From: Spirochaetia bacterium
Lineage (GTDB): Bacteria; Spirochaetota; Spirochaetia; UBA9216
Direction of reading: 5' to 3'
Assembly (NCBI GenBank): GCA_965140585.1
Contig: OZ223265.1
Location: 1-64,000 of the forward strand
DNA length: 64,000 nt
A program made the position numbers and the translations under genes. This document shows, one piece after another, positions 59,440 through 64,000 of this stretch (its first letter is position 1; each line of letters opens with the position of its first letter). The notes under the pieces are model-generated. The model ran no database searches. It had not been told where the DNA came from and saw only the letters and a program-made list of their open reading frames with translations.

Positions 59440-59995
59440 ATATTTTCCTGAAAGCTTCATCAATTCCAAGATATTTCAGGTTGCCTTTAAAATATTCGTT
59501 TATGATATATTTATCTGATTGAAAAGCCAGCCGGGGAATATTATTTGAATTCACCCGGCACAATTCAACGATATCATCACCCGGAACCATATCCCCTGAA
59601 AAAACTTCAGCCTTAAGTACGATCACTAATGTTTCCAGATCGGTTTTAATGATATTATTACAGACATTGATGATAGACTTTATTTCAATCTTCAATCCGG
59701 TTTCTTCAAATACTTCCCGATGTCCGACCTGAAGGAAATTCTCATTTGTTTCGATATACCCGCATGGCAGACACCATAACCCGGCTTCTCCTTTTCGTTT
59801 TCCAAGCAGAACTTCATCATCAGAATTTGCAATTAAAACAGAATCCCCGGGAAACGGATTCTTATTCTGGATATACCCGCATGACGGGCATCTATTGTTC
59901 CCGTCAAATATGAGTCTATTTCCGAAGTACGGAAAAAAGCAGTAATCCGACATACTGGATAGAAATGACTCAGTTTTGGTGAACGCTTGTTTCAT
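59438..59995 (-). CDS. NUDIX hydrolase (paralog of 49022-49585; first zinc knuckle lost)
   Basis: NUDIX box; true start MKQAF at 59995. Confidence 0.82.
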   Translation of the reverse strand: MKQAFTKTESFLSSMSDYCFFPYFGNRLIFDGNNRCPSCGYIQNKNPFPGDSVLIANSDDEVLLGKRKGEAGLWCLPCGYIETNENFLQVGHREVFEETGLKIEIKSIINVCNNIIKTDLETLVIVLKAEVFSGDMVPGDDIVELCRVNSNNIPRLAFQSDKYIINEYFKGNLKYLGIDEAFRKI

Positions 59996-60047
59996 AATAT
60001 TCCATTTTATGTAGAAATAGTTTAAATTAAACAATATGGAGTAGAAA

Positions 60048-60656
60048 ATGGTTAGTTTAGGATTTCTGGCGACATCACTGATTGTTATCATCATACCAGG
60101 AACAGGAGTTATATATACAGTTACAACCAGTCTGTCCGGAAATAAACGCAGTGCTTTTCTGGCAGCCTTCGGATGTACTCTGGGGATCCTGCCCCACATA
60201 CTGGCTGCTATTCTCGGCATTTCTGTCATATTAAATACAGGAGCCCAAATATTTAAAATAATCAGAATTATCGGAGTCTTATACCTGATATACCTTGGAA
60301 TTGGTCTCCTGAAAGCTGAGAACGGTATTAAAATTGGTGAGAAGAAGAAGGAAAGGCCATTTCTTATAATAACCAAGGCTATCCTCATAAACCTGCTGAA
60401 TCCTAAATTAACATTATTCTTCCTTTCTTTCCTGCCGCAGTTCATTGAACCGGACAGCCTGAATACCAGAATAGAGATGATATCCCTGAGTCTGGTCTTC
60501 ATGGGATTAACCTTTATCATTTTCTGCTCTTATGGTTTACTGGCAAATTCATTCCGTTCTGTCTTAATAAAATCACCGAAGCTTTTTAATAGAATACAGC
60601 AGGGATTTGGGATCATACTTATAGGATTTGCTGGTAAAATCGCACTGGATAGATAG
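60048..60656 (+). CDS. LysE/RhtB-family exporter (paralog of 34300-34920)
   Basis: PGTG, NLLNPK, FLPQF. Confidence 0.9.
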   Translation: MVSLGFLATSLIVIIIPGTGVIYTVTTSLSGNKRSAFLAAFGCTLGILPHILAAILGISVILNTGAQIFKIIRIIGVLYLIYLGIGLLKAENGIKIGEKKKERPFLIITKAILINLLNPKLTLFFLSFLPQFIEPDSLNTRIEMISLSLVFMGLTFIIFCSYGLLANSFRSVLIKSPKLFNRIQQGFGIILIGFAGKIALDR

Positions 60657-60826
60657 TAAACATGCTATATTTTTCAATATAAAATGAGAGCTGCTGCTTC
60701 GGCATCTATATACCTGAGGTAGTTTTAATCGATAAAGAACACACTGATATTTGACTTCCGCATCACCATCTCCTAACATTAATACTACAGATTATTATTC
60801 GGCATTCGTATAAAGGAGATCCGGAC

Positions 60827-61252
60827 ATGAAAATCACATCCATGATAATTATCACTGAGACTGATATTATGTTCGCTATAGAATTAAAAGTAAAACTCTA
60901 TAATTACGGGTACAGGGTAAACCAAATCTTTTCAGACAGTGACGCTGCAGTTGAATATTCCTCTATACATGATCCAGATCTGGTTTTAATTGAGGCTGAA
61001 AATCCGACTGAAACTGCAATTATAGACACAGGAATGAGGCTTAAAGAGCTTAATCCTGCTGTTCAGATTATATTTATAACCGGCAGTTCCGATCCTGAGT
61101 TCCTGAACAAAGTACAGCAGACGGCTCCCTTTGCGGTTTTAAGCAAACCTGTCGGCAACAAGCAGCTGCTTTATGCCATAAACTCTGCGTTATGCAGTAA
61201 GACCTTCAGCAGTAATAATGTACGAGTTGTAAATGAGAGTGCAGCCGGCTGA
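60827..61252 (+). CDS. Pseudo-receiver protein (phospho-Asp replaced by Glu)
   Basis: PDLVLIE; KP motif retained. Confidence 0.72.
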   Translation: MKITSMIIITETDIMFAIELKVKLYNYGYRVNQIFSDSDAAVEYSSIHDPDLVLIEAENPTETAIIDTGMRLKELNPAVQIIFITGSSDPEFLNKVQQTAPFAVLSKPVGNKQLLYAINSALCSKTFSSNNVRVVNESAAG

Positions 61253-61271
61253 TTATCGGTTTCTATAGGTT

Positions 61272-64000
61272 TTACATATATTTCCCGATATCAACAAAAT
61301 CCATTTGCTCAGACGGAAGATATTTTTCTGCATAATCCATATAAATACCTGATTCAAGGAAAAAAATAAAAATCTCCCGGTCTATATGCCCATCCATTGA
61401 CATTGTATTAAGAATCTCAATTGCTTCAGATAACTTTTTAGCCTTTTTATAAGGCCGGTCGGAGGCTGTTAATGCCTCAAAAATATCAGCAATTGTCATG
61501 ATTCTCGCAGGTACAGAGAGTTCTGAAGAATCAAGCCCCTTAGGATAGCCTCTCCCGTTCAGAGCTTCATGGTGAGTGCCTCCGAATTCCGGAATTCTGG
61601 ACATCCCTCTTGGAAGCGGCAAACTCTTCAGCATCACAATAGTCTGCATTATATGTTCATTTATCTTGTATCGTTCCTCTGCTGTCAGTGTTCCGTATGG
61701 AATCTGAAGGTTGTACAATTCCCCCCGGTTATACAGCACATCGGGATGCGGTATTATAAAACCGTACTCATTATAGAGATCTTTTGACCTGTGATCTTTT
61801 TCCTGTATTAAGTGGGAGGCTTTATCTGAAATCAGAAACTCAGTAATCGGTTCGCCTTTTATATAACCGGTGCTTAATCTTTTGGATTCTTCCCGGGAAA
61901 GTCCGGCAGTATGATCAAAATGACTCAGCCAGGTTATCCTGCTGATCTCTATCAAGCGATGCAGATTCTCTTCAGTCATACTGATATCTCCGGTATTGCA
62001 CCGTGCTACAAAGATAAAATCATCATAAAGCTTTTCTTCCTTCTGTTTTCGTTCAGAAAGGGCATTTTCCGGAGTGTCTCCCTTCGAAATGTTTTCAAAT
62101 TCTTCAATTCTGATATCACGAAGGAGAATTTCAAACCTCGTTCTTATCTCATGGATTCTGTTATAAATAGTTTCAAGTTTGACTGCTTTATCGACTACAA
62201 ATTCAGGAGTAGTCATCTTTCCGGCATCATGAAGCCATGCGCCTATAATAAAAGCCCTTTTTTCCTCTTTCGAAACAAATCTGAAGTCAGCCAGTTTACC
62301 TGTATCAGTTTTCTCTGCAGCGTCAGCGATCATTTCAGCAAGCACCGGCACTCTTGCACAGTGCCCTCCTGTGTAAGGGCTTTTGGTATCAATTGCATTG
62401 GCTATCAGCTTTATCAATGCCTCAAACAGTTCATCCTGTGAATCCATCAAATTCCTGTTATATAAAATAGCGGCGGCCTGCGCACTGAGAGCTTCAACAA
62501 AGCTGCGGATATTTCTGCTGAAAGATATTATTTCTCCTGTCTGCTTTGACTGACAGTTTATCAGCTGGAGGGCACCAATTATTTCACTGCCCTGAAGTTT
62601 TAGAGGAACCGTCATAAATGATTTTGAGTAATAGTTATTAAGTTCATCAAATTTTTTGGTACCTGAAAAATCAAACTCAGGGTCGGAATAAGCATCATCA
62701 ATGATTATAGTTTCACCTTTATGGAAGGCACTGGAAACCACATTATGGAAATTCGGCTTCCCATTTTCTTCATAGAGCTTTACAGCAGGAAGTGTGACAG
62801 GAGTCGAACTCGTCCCTCCCTGAGCTATTCCCAGACTGTCATTTAATACTATTTTAAACTCCAGCTCATCACTTTTACCCTTCAGATAAAGACTTCCTCC
62901 GTCTGCTCCCGAAAGTTCTTTGGCTCCCATCAGTATCATTTCAACAAGAGCCTCAGGGCTCTCCTCTATAGACATGGCAATACCCAGTTCAATAATCCTT
63001 TCAAGTTTGCCCATACTTATTTTAAGTTCTTCGGTTTTTACAGCAATTGCAGATTTCATAACCTTAAAAGCAACCGCAAGCTCTTCAAATTCAACAATTG
63101 GAGAATGTTCATTAATCTCGCCGTTAAAGATAAAATCCTGAATCCTGCCGGCATCAAGAGCCAGATGCTCAAGAAATCTGCTCATGTAGCGGCTGAGAAT
63201 CACAACCATCGGAATAATCAGAATGAAAATCACCAGAGAGACAATGATTATTCTCCGCTGAATAAGAAGCTGATGCCCCATAAAGTCTTTTTTGGGAGCC
63301 GTAATAAGAATTCGGTAATCAGCACCACCGGGAATTTTCCATGGATGATCCCATATAAAATAATCCTCCGACTGAAAATCGGAATATCCAAGTGCATTCA
63401 AACTGTTCAATGTTACGAGGTTATCCCCGGAAAAGCTGAAACTATCTGTTATGGCGCTGTTTGCTGCTATAATTCGATCATTATCATCAAGAATGAGAAC
63501 TCCTGCGTTTTCAGATATATGAATATTATCTACAAACTGTTTTAAATTTGACAATGTTATATCAACCCCGGTTACAATATCTTCAGATACTGCTGCGGCT
63601 GCCGTAATACCCGGGTGTTTAAGTGAATTAAACATGTAAGGATCCGTGAGAATTACATTTGGCGCTTCCCGTAAGGCATCCTGAAACCAGGGTCTGTCCG
63701 ACGGTATATATTGAGGATCCGTCTTCACATACTGATCAAGAATCTTTAGTCCCGAATTAAAAAATACCCACTGTTCCTGCCTGTTTTCATCTGATTGCGA
63801 GATAAGTCTTAGAATATATTCTGTATTTTCCGGTGCCGAATGTGCAGAAAGAACAACTGGATTTGCAGATGTTTTTATTATCTGAAGGAATTCACCGCTT
63901 TTATATCCGATGTAAACAGAATATAAAGAACTATTTTGTTCAAGAGCCCTAATGATAAATCTTAAATAACTGTAATCTGTTTTTTCCGGTTCAATTCCAT
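61272..64000 (-). CDS. Cache-HAMP-GAF-HD-GYP phosphodiesterase (5' partial)
   Basis: RPWF Cache motif, TM, GAF, split HD (LHDAGK ... HHEALNGRGYP); frame continues upstream of the GTG toward the window edge. Confidence 0.88.
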   Translation of the reverse strand, partial: GIEPEKTDYSYLRFIIRALEQNSSLYSVYIGYKSGEFLQIIKTSANPVVLSAHSAPENTEYILRLISQSDENRQEQWVFFNSGLKILDQYVKTDPQYIPSDRPWFQDALREAPNVILTDPYMFNSLKHPGITAAAAVSEDIVTGVDITLSNLKQFVDNIHISENAGVLILDDNDRIIAANSAITDSFSFSGDNLVTLNSLNALGYSDFQSEDYFIWDHPWKIPGGADYRILITAPKKDFMGHQLLIQRRIIIVSLVIFILIIPMVVILSRYMSRFLEHLALDAGRIQDFIFNGEINEHSPIVEFEELAVAFKVMKSAIAVKTEELKISMGKLERIIELGIAMSIEESPEALVEMILMGAKELSGADGGSLYLKGKSDELEFKIVLNDSLGIAQGGTSSTPVTLPAVKLYEENGKPNFHNVVSSAFHKGETIIIDDAYSDPEFDFSGTKKFDELNNYYSKSFMTVPLKLQGSEIIGALQLINCQSKQTGEIISFSRNIRSFVEALSAQAAAILYNRNLMDSQDELFEALIKLIANAIDTKSPYTGGHCARVPVLAEMIADAAEKTDTGKLADFRFVSKEEKRAFIIGAWLHDAGKMTTPEFVVDKAVKLETIYNRIHEIRTRFEILLRDIRIEEFENISKGDTPENALSERKQKEEKLYDDFIFVARCNTGDISMTEENLHRLIEISRITWLSHFDHTAGLSREESKRLSTGYIKGEPITEFLISDKASHLIQEKDHRSKDLYNEYGFIIPHPDVLYNRGELYNLQIPYGTLTAEERYKINEHIMQTIVMLKSLPLPRGMSRIPEFGGTHHEALNGRGYPKGLDSSELSVPARIMTIADIFEALTASDRPYKKAKKLSEAIEILNTMSMDGHIDREIFIFFLESGIYMDYAEKYLPSEQMDFVDIGKYM

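Noticed and set aside
59438-60520. 360-aa ORF suggesting a fused NUDIX protein
   Set aside because: Its N-terminal half is the antisense of lysE; the paralog places the true start at 59995

Overview
Probably a free-living spirochaete chromosome segment (FliG1-like gene, 'FAxGxxE' signal peptide; inferred, not proven). Bases 1-29.3 kb are host DNA: a MocR regulator, a PilZ-flanked Wsp-like chemosensory operon whose output is a REC-adenylate/guanylate cyclase and which includes a sensory [FeFe]-hydrogenase-like/MCP fusion, dtd, fliG, a GGDEF/EAL protein, a YeeE/YeeD/TrxB/rhodanese sulfur-relay cluster and a GT2/ATP-grasp/ABC cluster. A ~30-kb prophage-like element is integrated in tRNA-Phe(GAA), bounded by 44-bp direct repeats (29342-29385 and 59352-59395). 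It has integrase, excisionase-like, repressor/operators, Bet, ParB, replisome organizer with iterons, two DNA methyltransferases, a Mor-like activator, a terminase-associated-type HNH and a cos-like site, but no recognisable terminase, head, tail or lysis genes. It carries instead (i) an array of attC-like palindromes with cassette-like genes but no IntI, (ii) a structured early-leader region with two tRNA-like folds, one with a split anticodon domain, and (iii) AT-rich c-di-GMP/two-component/hemerythrin cargo. Right of attR lie NUDIX, LysE and receiver genes that each have a homolog inside the element, then a partial HD-GYP gene. All calls come from reading motifs by eye; no searches or folding programs were run.
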